Assembly (NCBI GenBank): GCA_021777765.1
Contig: JAJYDF010000011.1
Coordinates: 19,099 to 83,098, forward strand
Reading direction: 5' to 3'
DNA from: Pseudomonadota bacterium
Lineage (GTDB): Bacteria; Pseudomonadota; Gammaproteobacteria; DASZBR01
Length of the DNA: 64,000 bases
A program made the translations under genes and the position numbers. Under the pieces are notes generated by a model that was not told the origin of the DNA, searched no databases, and was given only the letters and a program-made list of their open reading frames with translations. Shown here piece after piece: positions 18,256-28,100 of this stretch (the stretch's first letter is position 1; each line of letters opens with the position of its first letter).

Positions 18256-19639
18256 TCTTAATCCTCATCACTCTGCCACAAAGCATATCATTTTAATCAT
18301 TATTTCTGTGGCTATGTTTATGGAAGGACTGGATGTCACTATTGTTAATACAGCAATCCCCACTATGGCATATAGTTTAAATGTTATACCTATCGATTTA
18401 AAAATTGCGCTAATAAGTTATTTACTCAGTTTAGCAATTTTCATTCCCATTAGCGGTTGGCTTGCAGATAAATTTGGTGCAAAAAGAGTGTTTTTATTGG
18501 CATTAATTGTTTTTACTTTGAGCTCATATTGGTGTGGATTTGCTGATAGTTTGTCTGATTTAGTATTAGCGCGATCAACGCAAGGCATTGGTGGTGCATT
18601 TATGCTGCCAGTAGGCAGATTAATTATTGTGCGCAATTTTGAACGAAATGAAATTATTCCGATGATGTCACGCGTTGCTATGATTGCAGCAATTGGTCCC
18701 ATGTTAGGGCCTTTTGTGGGCGGTCTCATTGTGCATCATTTTTCATGGCGTTGGATTTTTTGGGTCAATATTCCGGTGGGAATTATTGCAATCATAGCGA
18801 CTTTCTTTAAATTAACGCCTGTTACACCAGAACCGGTTTTACCTTTAGATAAAATAGGATTTATATTGTTCGGTTTTGGTTTAGCATTGCTTGCATTTGG
18901 CTTATCGGCATTAAGTGAAAGTAATATTGATCCAATGATTGCTTATTTAAGCATAGTGCTATCAATTATTTTATTAATTTCATATGTTTTGCATTCTCGG
19001 GGCAGAGTTCATCCCATTGTTAATACGCACTTATTATCCTATCGGACTTTTCGTATTGCCGCGTTAGGTAATTTATTAGCGCGTTTAGGTGTTGGTGGCA
19101 TCACATTTTTATTACCCTTATTATTACAAATTGCTTTAGGATATTCAGCGCTTATATCAGGCATATTGTTAGTGCCTACCGCAATGGGATTAATGATAGT
19201 CAGACCCTTTATCAAACGTGTCATAAAAAAATTATATTTTAAATGGTTTTTAATGTTAAATACCATGTTTCTAGGACTGATTATTTGGTCATTTATGTTA
19301 ATAAATAACCATTTCCCCTTAATTGGCATTGCATTATTAACGCTTATTTTTGGAATTGGATCATCATTGCAGTTTAGTGTCATAAATCCACTGGCTTATT
19401 CAGAAGCGCCTAGTGAATATTTAGGTGATGTCACAAGCATTTTGGGAACCATTCAACAAATTTCGCAAAGTATTAGCGTTGCATTTTGTGCAATTATTTT
19501 GCGTCATTTATCAGAACATAATTTATTAACAGTGCCAGTATTTCGAGAAACATTTTTTATTATGGGTTTATTTACTTTATGTGCGTCAATATTATTTATT
19601 CGTTTGCGTCCTGAAGACGGTAAGGTGTTAGTGGAATAA
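18248..19639 (+). CDS. DHA2/EmrB-QacA-type MFS efflux transporter, copy 2 (paralog of 15959-17350)
   Basis: Colinear with copy 1 with long identical stretches (PIDLKIALISYLLSLAIFIPISGWLADKFGAK; WRWIFWVNIPVGIIAII). Start overlaps antitoxin end. Confidence 0.92.
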   Translation: MNNLNPHHSATKHIILIIISVAMFMEGLDVTIVNTAIPTMAYSLNVIPIDLKIALISYLLSLAIFIPISGWLADKFGAKRVFLLALIVFTLSSYWCGFADSLSDLVLARSTQGIGGAFMLPVGRLIIVRNFERNEIIPMMSRVAMIAAIGPMLGPFVGGLIVHHFSWRWIFWVNIPVGIIAIIATFFKLTPVTPEPVLPLDKIGFILFGFGLALLAFGLSALSESNIDPMIAYLSIVLSIILLISYVLHSRGRVHPIVNTHLLSYRTFRIAALGNLLARLGVGGITFLLPLLLQIALGYSALISGILLVPTAMGLMIVRPFIKRVIKKLYFKWFLMLNTMFLGLIIWSFMLINNHFPLIGIALLTLIFGIGSSLQFSVINPLAYSEAPSEYLGDVTSILGTIQQISQSISVAFCAIILRHLSEHNLLTVPVFRETFFIMGLFTLCASILFIRLRPEDGKVLVE

Positions 19640-19710
19640 GGCCAATAAATTATTTAGTTAAATATGTATATGTGATAATATTTAGAATTAATTTGAAAGA
19701 GATATATAAC

Positions 19711-20247
19711 ATGCAAACACAAGAAGATATGACAAGAGATCCAAATACACAATTAATTTTAAAGACAGTATTTGAGCAATTATTTAATTATTTTATAGCA
19801 TCTTATAATTTATTAATCACAAGCAATTATGATAATCAAACAATAGTACCAGAAATTGTACAGAAAATGACACATTTTCATACTATATATACAAATATTC
19901 TTGCGCAGATAGAACAAATTGATTTTTCAAATCCAGTCTCTACATCGAATGCCAAAAGTCAGCTTAAGAATTTAATGACATCTATGGATCAATATTTATC
20001 TATTGATCCTAGATTTATAGTTGATCATCCTTTAGGCCCTGATTACCATCAATCTTTTGCTCAGTTCCTACATCAACATGCTTTTGCCAAACAGCATTTA
20101 AAAAATTGTGGATTATTCGATTCATTACAATTTTCACTGAGTGGTAATGCCCCATCAGATTCTAATACCATCAAACGGGAAAGAAATAATCCGCAAGATG
20201 ATACCGATCCAGATGCTCAACAAAGAAATCGTTTTGGACGACGTTAA
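19711..20247 (+). CDS. Hypothetical protein with basic/acidic C-terminal tail
   Basis: ORF of about 178 aa ending IKRERNNPQDDTDPDAQQRNRFGRR. Confidence 0.55.
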   Translation: MQTQEDMTRDPNTQLILKTVFEQLFNYFIASYNLLITSNYDNQTIVPEIVQKMTHFHTIYTNILAQIEQIDFSNPVSTSNAKSQLKNLMTSMDQYLSIDPRFIVDHPLGPDYHQSFAQFLHQHAFAKQHLKNCGLFDSLQFSLSGNAPSDSNTIKRERNNPQDDTDPDAQQRNRFGRR

Positions 20248-20255
20248 TTCAAAAC

Positions 20256-20315
20256 GGGGTCAAGTACCGTCTTGCAAGTTAATTACAGTTAACTTGCAAG
20301 ACGGTACTTGACCCC
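20256..20315. repeat. Perfect 27-bp inverted repeat with 6-nt spacer
   Basis: GGGGTCAAGTACCGTCTTGCAAGTTAA-ttacag-TTAACTTGCAAGACGGTACTTGACCCC, checked base by base. Confidence 0.95.
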
Positions 20316-20337
20316 TTCGCGTATCATCCCGTATCAT
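20308..20337 (+). promoter_or_regulatory. Putative rpsF operon promoter
   Basis: TTGACC (20308-13, inside right arm of the inverted repeat), 18 nt, TATCAT (20332-37). Confidence 0.5.
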
Positions 20338-20360
20338 ACGCAGTTCTATAAACTGTGTTC

Positions 20361-20421
20361 TCCTTGCCTTACCGCGAATTTAACAATGAGTAGGAAGGCT
20401 TATTAACCACGAGGAGTGTCT
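20361..20421 (+). promoter_or_regulatory. S6:S18 ribosomal protein leader (autoregulatory RNA)
   Basis: TCCTTGCCTT...AGGAAGGCT stem followed by CCAC-GAGGAG SD, resembling the gammaproteobacterial rpsF leader. Confidence 0.55.
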
Positions 20422-20823
20422 ATGAGACATTATGAAGTAGTATTTTTAGTACATCCGGATCAAAGCGAACAAGTGCCTGGTATGATTGATCGTTATACTG
20501 GCATGATCAAATCCAGTGGCGGTGCAATTCATCGTTTAGAAGATTGGGGCCGTCGTCAATTAGCTTATCCTATCAATAAAGTTCATAAAGCCCATTATGT
20601 ATTACTGAATATCGAATGCGATCAAAATACCCTCATCGAATTGAAAGATGCGTTTAGATACAATGATGCGGTTTTGCGTAATTTAATTATTCAAACGGAT
20701 TCAGCAGTCAGCGACCCATCTCCATTGATTAAGGGTAAAGAGGATCGTGAAGAACGTTCTGAAGAAGTGATGTTTGAAGAAGCAACACTTGAAGACTCTG
20801 AAATACAAGATGAAGCAGAGTAA
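20422..20823 (+). CDS. rpsF: 30S ribosomal protein S6
   Basis: [25 protein letters not shown]...[16 protein letters not shown]. Confidence 0.98.
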   Translation: MRHYEVVFLVHPDQSEQVPGMIDRYTGMIKSSGGAIHRLEDWGRRQLAYPINKVHKAHYVLLNIECDQNTLIELKDAFRYNDAVLRNLIIQTDSAVSDPSPLIKGKEDREERSEEVMFEEATLEDSEIQDEAE

Positions 20824-20901
20824 TACCTAAACTCAACTTAAAATAAATCGTTGAGATAAATGTAACTTGAATATGAACTAAATTATTGAGAGAGAAAAAA
20901 T

Positions 20902-21129
20902 ATGGCCCGTTATTTTCGTCGTAAAAAGTTTTGCCGATTCAGTGCCGAAGGCGTTAAACAAATTGATTATAAAGATATACCCGTTTTAAAAAATTACATA
21001 ACTGAAACCGGTAAAATTGTTCCTAGTCGTATTACTGGCACAAAAGCCCGTTATCAACGACAACTTGCTTTAGCCATTAAACGTGCACGATTTTTGGCAT
21101 TATTGCCTTATACCGATAAACATCAATAA
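20902..21129 (+). CDS. rpsR: 30S ribosomal protein S18
   Basis: [13 protein letters not shown]...IDYKD...[26 protein letters not shown]. Confidence 0.98.
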   Translation: MARYFRRKKFCRFSAEGVKQIDYKDIPVLKNYITETGKIVPSRITGTKARYQRQLALAIKRARFLALLPYTDKHQ

Positions 21130-21146
21130 AGCGATAAAAAAATTTA

Positions 21147-22037
21147 ATGCGTGCCTTAGCTGAGTATGTTTTACGAGGCCGTTGGCAGGCGGTTTTAATT
21201 GCGCTTTTATTTACCTTTATACCTTTTTTCGGATGGATTGGTGTTGTCATCATGGCATTGGTGACATTACGTAAAGGTGCTAAAGAAGGATTTTTTGTTT
21301 TATCGTGGATAATTTTACCCATCATCGTTATCAGTATTGTATTAAAGGATTATCGATACGCACTATATGATGCATTAGGGGGTAGTACAGTAGTTTGGTT
21401 AATGGCAATCATATTACGCCAGACCCGATCATGGTTATTAGTGGTACAAGCAGTCGTTTTATTGGCAGTAATAACAATAATTTCTTTACATATTGCTGAT
21501 CCCAATATTTCGCAATGGTGGCAAATTCATGTAGTACAAATATTGAATCAATTTAATGAATTAATGAGTAATGTTTTAACACCTGATGTCATTAAAAATT
21601 CCGTAGTTACTACAGCGAAAATTGCTACAGGGTTACAAGCTGATATCATTATATTGACTAATTTATTTAATTTAGTCATTGCGCGATGGGCTCAAGCGAC
21701 ACTTTTTAATCCTGGTGGATTAAAGCAAGAATTACATGGTTTTCGCTTGGATAAAACCACACTCATTATAGTGGGAATTATTGGGTTAATGTTAATGAAA
21801 GTGCCAACAATACAAGATTGTTTGCCCACATTATTATTACCATTTGTTTTAGCTGGGATTAGTTTAATTCATTTTTATTGTGAATTAACATCTTGGGATT
21901 ATGTATTGCTAATCGTGTTTTACATTTTATTGTTTTTACCGATTACAATTTTATATGTGTTGTGTTTTTTAATTTTAGTGGCGGCAACTGATGTTTGGAT
22001 TAATTTTCGACATTATGTAGGCCCAGTAAATCAATAA
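21147..22037 (+). CDS. DUF2232/YybS-like membrane protein
   Basis: MRALAEYVLRGRWQA, multi-TM. Conserved position between rpsR and rplI. Confidence 0.75.
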   Translation: MRALAEYVLRGRWQAVLIALLFTFIPFFGWIGVVIMALVTLRKGAKEGFFVLSWIILPIIVISIVLKDYRYALYDALGGSTVVWLMAIILRQTRSWLLVVQAVVLLAVITIISLHIADPNISQWWQIHVVQILNQFNELMSNVLTPDVIKNSVVTTAKIATGLQADIIILTNLFNLVIARWAQATLFNPGGLKQELHGFRLDKTTLIIVGIIGLMLMKVPTIQDCLPTLLLPFVLAGISLIHFYCELTSWDYVLLIVFYILLFLPITILYVLCFLILVAATDVWINFRHYVGPVNQ

Positions 22038-22050
22038 GTGAGGTTATAAG

Positions 22051-22497
22051 ATGGAAGTCATATTGCTAGAAAAAATTCGCCATTTAGGTGGTGTAGGTGA
22101 CAAAGTTTCTGTTAAACCAGGTTACGGTCGTAATTATTTAATTCCAACCGGTAAAGCTGAATTTGCAACAGCAGATAATATTGTTAAATTCGAAGCACGT
22201 CGAGCTGAGTTAGAAAGAGCAGCTGCAGCCGCACTGAGTACCGCACAAACACGTGCAGATGCATTAGTGGTATTACAAGTTACTTATCCTGCAAAAGCGG
22301 GCGACGAAGGCAAATTATTCGGATCAATTGGTACCCATGATTTGGCAAAAGCCATCAGCGATGCGGGTGTACCAGTGTCTAAAAGTGAAATTCGATTACC
22401 CACAGGTCCTATTCGTCAATTGGGTGAATATGAAATTCATGTACAATTACACAGTGATGTAATGACACATGTTAAAGTGACTGTTGTTGCGGAATAA
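22051..22497 (+). CDS. rplI: 50S ribosomal protein L9
   Basis: [27 protein letters not shown]; GKLFGSIG. Confidence 0.98.
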   Translation: MEVILLEKIRHLGGVGDKVSVKPGYGRNYLIPTGKAEFATADNIVKFEARRAELERAAAAALSTAQTRADALVVLQVTYPAKAGDEGKLFGSIGTHDLAKAISDAGVPVSKSEIRLPTGPIRQLGEYEIHVQLHSDVMTHVKVTVVAE

Positions 22498-22507
22498 ATT
22501 TTAATTT

Positions 22508-23899
22508 ATGGCAGAGCAATTGTTCAGTAAAAATAAAATAAAAGACTCTGCTACTGATCGCATTAAAATTCCGCCGCATTCTGTTGAAGCCGAACAATCC
22601 GTGTTAGGCGGATTAATGCTTGATAATCAGACCTGGGATCGTGTTGTAGAATTACTTCAAGAAAAAGATTTTTATCGACATGAACACCGTCTGATTTTTC
22701 AAGCAATGCATGATTTGTCCCACCGTAATAATCCGTTTGATGTTCTCACACTCTCTGAAACGTTAAAAAATAAAGGCCACTTAGATGCAATGGGTGGTGA
22801 AGTTTATTTATTTGAATTAGCAAAAAATACACCCAGTGTTGCTAATATTTACGCGTATGCTGAAATTGTGCATGAACGATCTATCTTGCGCCAATTAATT
22901 GGTATTTCAAATGAAATTGGTGAAAGCGCATTTAATCCTAACGGCAGGCAAAGTTTAGAATTAGTTGATGAAGCTGAACGAAAAATATTTGCCATTGCTG
23001 AATCGAATGATCGCAATCAAGGTCCAGCAATTATTCGTAATTTATTATCAAAAGCAGTAGAACGCATTGATATTTTATATCACTCCAATGAACCCATCAC
23101 AGGATTAGCAACAGGCTATGCTGATTTAGATGAAATGACTTCGGGATTACAGCCTGCAGATTTAGTGGTTGTTGCTGGTAGACCCTCGATGGGTAAAACC
23201 AGTTTTGCGATGAATATTGCTGAGCACGCTGCTATTAAAGCCGGTAAACCTATTTTAATATTTAGTATGGAAATGCCAGGTGATGCTTTAGCTACTCGTA
23301 TGTTGTCGTCGCTGGGTAGAATTGATCAACATAATTTACGTGTTGGTAAATTAAAAGATGAAGATTGGCCAAGAATTACTTCTGCTGTGGCAATGTTATC
23401 AGAAACGAAAATGTTGATTGATGATTCACCAGGATTAAGCCCTGTTGAGATGCGTGCTCGTGCACGACGTGTGGTAAAAGAGCATGGTCAATTGGGATTA
23501 ATCGTGATTGATTATTTACAATTAATGCAAGTGCCAGGTATTAAAGAAAATCGTACTGCTGAAATTTCAGAAATTTCTCGTGCTTTAAAATCATTAGCTA
23601 AAGAATTAAATGTGCCGGTCATTGCATTATCGCAATTAAATCGTGGACTGGAACAACGTGCAGATAAAAGACCAGTGATGTCTGATTTACGTGAATCAGG
23701 TGCCATCGAACAAGATGCCGATTTGATTTTATTTATTTATCGCGACGAAGTTTATAACGAAAATACACCCGATAAAGGTATTGCAGAAATTATTATTGCT
23801 AAACAACGTAATGGTCCTATTGGGAAGGTGCGATTAACATTTCTGGGTAAATATACACGGTTTGAGAATTTTGTGCCGGATAGGTATCGGGAGATGTAA
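22508..23899 (+). CDS. dnaB: Replicative DNA helicase DnaB
   Basis: PPHSVEAEQSVLGGLML, GRPSMGKT, IDYLQLM, LSQLNR, SDLRESGAIEQDAD, KQRNGP. No intein. Confidence 0.98.
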   Translation: MAEQLFSKNKIKDSATDRIKIPPHSVEAEQSVLGGLMLDNQTWDRVVELLQEKDFYRHEHRLIFQAMHDLSHRNNPFDVLTLSETLKNKGHLDAMGGEVYLFELAKNTPSVANIYAYAEIVHERSILRQLIGISNEIGESAFNPNGRQSLELVDEAERKIFAIAESNDRNQGPAIIRNLLSKAVERIDILYHSNEPITGLATGYADLDEMTSGLQPADLVVVAGRPSMGKTSFAMNIAEHAAIKAGKPILIFSMEMPGDALATRMLSSLGRIDQHNLRVGKLKDEDWPRITSAVAMLSETKMLIDDSPGLSPVEMRARARRVVKEHGQLGLIVIDYLQLMQVPGIKENRTAEISEISRALKSLAKELNVPVIALSQLNRGLEQRADKRPVMSDLRESGAIEQDADLILFIYRDEVYNENTPDKGIAEIIIAKQRNGPIGKVRLTFLGKYTRFENFVPDRYREM

Positions 23900-23908
23900 T
23901 TCAATTTC

Positions 23909-23938
23909 TTTCCTTCTCCTGCAAGCGGGAGAAGGAAA
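23909..23938. repeat. REP-like palindrome, family A core
   Basis: TTTCCTTCTCCTGC-aa-GCGGGAGAAGGAAA between dnaB and alr. Confidence 0.88.
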
Positions 23939-23953
23939 AAATCGAGGGTTTTT

Positions 23954-25009
23954 ATGCAATTAACTAAAATTCAATTAGACATCTCTGCACTTCAGCATAA
24001 TTTCCAACGCATTCGTCAAATAGCGCCTGGTAAAAAAATATTAGCCATGATTAAAGCAAACGCCTATGGACATGGTGCAATTAAAATTGCGCGTGGTTTA
24101 ATTGATGCCGATGCATTTGGTGTTGCGTGTATTAATGAAGCAAAACAATTACGTGAAAATGGCATCACACAACCTATTGTATTAATGCAAGGATTAAATA
24201 GCGTAGATGATTTACCAATTATTAATTCCTATCAATTACAAATGGTATTACATGATTGGTCACAATTAGCTATTTTAGAACAACAACAGTTATCTCAGCC
24301 ATTAGTGATTTGGATTAAATTAGATACTGGCATGCATCGTCTTGGTTTTCCTGTTACTGCATTAAATGAAATTATTGAGCGTTTACAAAAAATTAAATAT
24401 ATCAAACAACCTTTAAGATTCATGACACATTTTGCTTCACCGGAACAATTAGATAATTCTCTGACTATGCAACAAGCAGAATTATTTCTATCAATAACTG
24501 ATCATTTATCTGGTGAACGAAGTTTGGCAAATTCAGCCGCAATTATTGGTTGGCCACAAACCCATGGTGATTGGGTGAGACCAGGTATCATGTTATATGG
24601 CGTTTCGCCATTTCCACAAAAAACAGGAAATGATTATGATTTATTGCCAGTAATGGATTGGACTTCGCAATTAATTGTGATTCATCAATTAAAAAAAGGT
24701 GATGCGGTTGGATATAATGGTACTTGGGTTTGTCCTGAAGATATGTCCGTGGGAATTGTTGCAGTAGGATATGGTGACGGTTATCCCCGTCAAGCAAAAA
24801 ATGGAACGCCTGTGTTAGTCAATAATAAACGTGTGCCATTAATTGGTCGTGTTTCTATGGATATGTTGGCAGTAGATTTACGTACACAACCACAAGCAAC
24901 CATTGGTGATCCTGTTTTATTATGGGGAAAAAATTTACCCGTTGAAGAAATTGCAAGTTATGTTGATTTGAGTCCCTATCAATTATTATGTGGTGTCAGA
25001 GAACGTTAA
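23954..25009 (+). CDS. alr: Alanine racemase
   Basis: MIKANAYGHG (PLP lysine), KLDTGMHRLG, VRPGIMLYG, GYGDGYPR, GRVSMDM. Confidence 0.97.
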   Translation: MQLTKIQLDISALQHNFQRIRQIAPGKKILAMIKANAYGHGAIKIARGLIDADAFGVACINEAKQLRENGITQPIVLMQGLNSVDDLPIINSYQLQMVLHDWSQLAILEQQQLSQPLVIWIKLDTGMHRLGFPVTALNEIIERLQKIKYIKQPLRFMTHFASPEQLDNSLTMQQAELFLSITDHLSGERSLANSAAIIGWPQTHGDWVRPGIMLYGVSPFPQKTGNDYDLLPVMDWTSQLIVIHQLKKGDAVGYNGTWVCPEDMSVGIVAVGYGDGYPRQAKNGTPVLVNNKRVPLIGRVSMDMLAVDLRTQPQATIGDPVLLWGKNLPVEEIASYVDLSPYQLLCGVRER

Positions 25010-25015
25010 ATAATC

Positions 25016-25114
25016 CTCTGTACACAACAAAAATTAATTTAATGCATTTTTTTACTTATCCCGCTCGCGGGAGAAGGAAAAATAACGCAGAATTAATTTT
25101 TGTCGCGTACAGAG
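25016..25114. mobile_element. 99-bp MITE-like palindromic element (24-bp terminal inverted repeats around a family A core)
   Basis: Left CTCTGTACACAACAAAAATTAATT vs reverse complement of right CTCTGTACGCGACAAAAATTAATT (22/24). Central hairpin ...CCCGC-tc-GCGGGAGAAGGAAA. Confidence 0.6.
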
Positions 25115-25150
25115 TAAATAATCCCCTCTGATAAAAATTATAAATTAATA

Positions 25151-28100
25151 TCATATTGTCGTGTGTTTCGTTATTTGTGGAAGTTCAGGATTAATAACAT
25201 CTGCATCTTCTTCGCGTGTTCTTTTAATTCCTCCTTGATTATTAAGTTTATAATTACCACCAAATAGTAATAATCTTTCGTTATCTTTTATTTCTAGAGT
25301 GAACCGATCAGCTTGTGAAGAGGATGTTGTTGCTGTTGTTTCTATTGTTATAGTTGATGTTAATGGCAAAACAGTGGGTGCTATTAAAGACTGCGTAATT
25401 CTAACGGTTGAACAGATTGGTAGTTTTACCTCAATAGCAGGTGTAATAAGATTTGATTTGTTATAAGCCATGCGCACTGTTTTGATAAAAGTATTTAATT
25501 GATCATTTGAATTTTCAGTTAAAAGAGGATGGTGAAATAAATCAGGTCCTATGATCGCCACCAATTTATCTAACAAATGATAACCACTCGTTAATGGATA
25601 GGTATCTAATGAGGCTACATATAATATTTGACGAAACAATGCCAGATCTTTAAGTAAAGATTTAATTTGCTGTGATCTAAACAAATTATGACATAGCGTT
25701 TTGAATAAATCTAAAAATCCTGTTTTATCATCGGGATGTTGCTCAATAATGCGGTGAGTTAATTTTTCTAATATGCGGAACATAGCTGGTTCATATAACT
25801 GTTGTATAAAACCATTATCACATATTAATTGCAGCATTAATGGATTTTGTGTATTAAAAAGGATGATGTCTAATAAATCAAAGCCTAGCGGATGATTTTT
25901 ATCTGTTAATTGTGTGGTTACACTGGGACATTTTATTAACAAAGTTTGACATGGTGATAATTGATTGGTTTTTATTAAATGGTATAAATAAATTATATTC
26001 GTTTCACATGAAACTAACTGTCTTGTTTTTTTATCCGCTTGATCTAATAACAAAATGATTGCATCTGAATCATGCATTTCTTTTTGAATAAATGGTTCTG
26101 AATGCGTTATTTGCTTTTCTGAATTAAAAGGTGTTTCTAAAATAGTTTCATAATCTAATTCAAAGCTGTCTTCTTCTGTCGCCGTTTCAATCGTTTCATA
26201 TAAATCTTTTGCAAATTGCAATGCGGATCGGCCATGACCATTTTTATTCTGTGTGTTGACTCCATAGCTAAGTAATAATTGCACGCTTTGGAGATCACAT
26301 TTTAAAATTAATTGATGTATGAGTGGCATACCCGAGCGAGAATCAACACTATCGATGTCAATTACATTGCCAGTCAAAATAACTGTTCTTAATAAATCAC
26401 GTCTTGTTGATTTACATGTAATTATTGATCCCACCGGATGGGTTATGAATTCAGTTTGAGCAATATAATGTAACAATTGATTAGAAATGATTGTAGGGGA
26501 AGCTGATAAAATGAAAAGAGATAATATGTCTGCATTTTGCGTCTGAATGGCTTGATAGATCATTTTTAAATCTATGTTTACTTTATGTGAAGACAATATT
26601 TCCACAATCCGCAACAGATTTCGATGTTGAATATCCATTAATAATAAATGTTCCAAATTCAATTCAGGTACTGCTATATCTCGTGAGAGAAATAGTGACC
26701 GCGCTTCTGTTAATGTTTTTAGACTGATGTTGGGTGTATTAAATAATTTGGCGAAAATCAAATCAGTGAGAGATTTAGCATCAACCAATGGAATTAAATG
26801 GTTAAATAATGAAAAAGCTTGTCGGGTTAATGTTTGCATTAACCATTCAATAGGAATAGGAGGAGATTTAAGGTAACTATATATACTATTAAAAATCGCG
26901 CTGTCATCAGTCAAGAATGCTTGATATAAAAACTCTTTCTCATTAAATGCCGTGCGATCATTATAAGCATTATACTGCAGTAATAAGTCTAACCAAGAAG
27001 CTAATGATGAAAAATCATTATCACAAGATACTGGGACAATTTGCAATGTTAAAACATCTTGAAATATTTTTTGCTTTAATACGTTTTTATCAGCTGTATT
27101 GAAATAACGGTATAAAATGTGTTTGCATGAATCGATCGTGCCATAACTTATTTCTAAGGCTAAATAATGGAATAACACCTCGTTGGTAATGTGATTTGCA
27201 TGACTTTTATGAAAGGCGTTTCTAAATAATTCTAATAGTTCTGTGCCTATTGCAATTTGCTCTGTCGGTCGTTGTTTAAAAAAACGTGGAAAAAGGGTAT
27301 AGCAATTCTCTATATTTTTTGGACATTGATGCAATTCTATCGATTGTTGCAAAATATCTCTATAAGTTTTGAATAAAAGTGTAACGACATGCCAATTCTT
27401 TTCAAACAATAATATTTCAAAATACTTAACCACATTATGATAAGGCATTTTTAAAATTTGTTCAGGAATAATGATGAGTGTTGTTGAATGATGTTGTGAA
27501 TAAAAATCTTGACGTGCTTTAAGCAGGGATAAAATTAAAGCGCTTTGGTTCCATGGATTATCTGAAATATGAGGTAATAAGCGCGATTCAGTGATAGTGT
27601 TAAAAACATAAATCGTTAAAGGATGGTCACACAAAGCTTGTTGAACGCTTTTATAAGCAAGTAATTCATCAAATAATATTGTGTAGGGAATTGCGTTTTG
27701 CAGTAATGCAGCTAAGCCGACTAGCTTGCTGCAATTGGGAATTTTATCAAAATCTTTAGCAATATATTGTTTAAATAGTTCAAAGACTTTTTTAGGATCT
27801 TTTCCATTCAAGGCGCAAATTTTTAAATATTGCTCAGTAAGTTCTAATATTGAAGGTATTTCGTTTAATATAGATATATTGGTTACTGTCTGTGATAATA
27901 ATGACAAGATATTGAGATGGTCGATATCAATGCCAGATTGATATATAGGCATTAATAAGGTGGTTAGACGATTCTTGTAAGATTTTGCCGTATTTTTTAA
28001 AACCTGCTCATCATCATCGATCATCGCAATTTGATGGGTATCCGCGCCCCATGTTTTTCGTATCATATTAATATGATGTCTTTTAATTTTATCATAGGTA

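Noticed and set aside
20256-20315. Bona fide Tn3-family transposon end
   Set aside because: Arms are 27 bp rather than about 38 bp, there is no 5-bp target duplication (AAAAC vs TTCGC) and no transposase or resolvase. Kept only as an inverted repeat with a resemblance.
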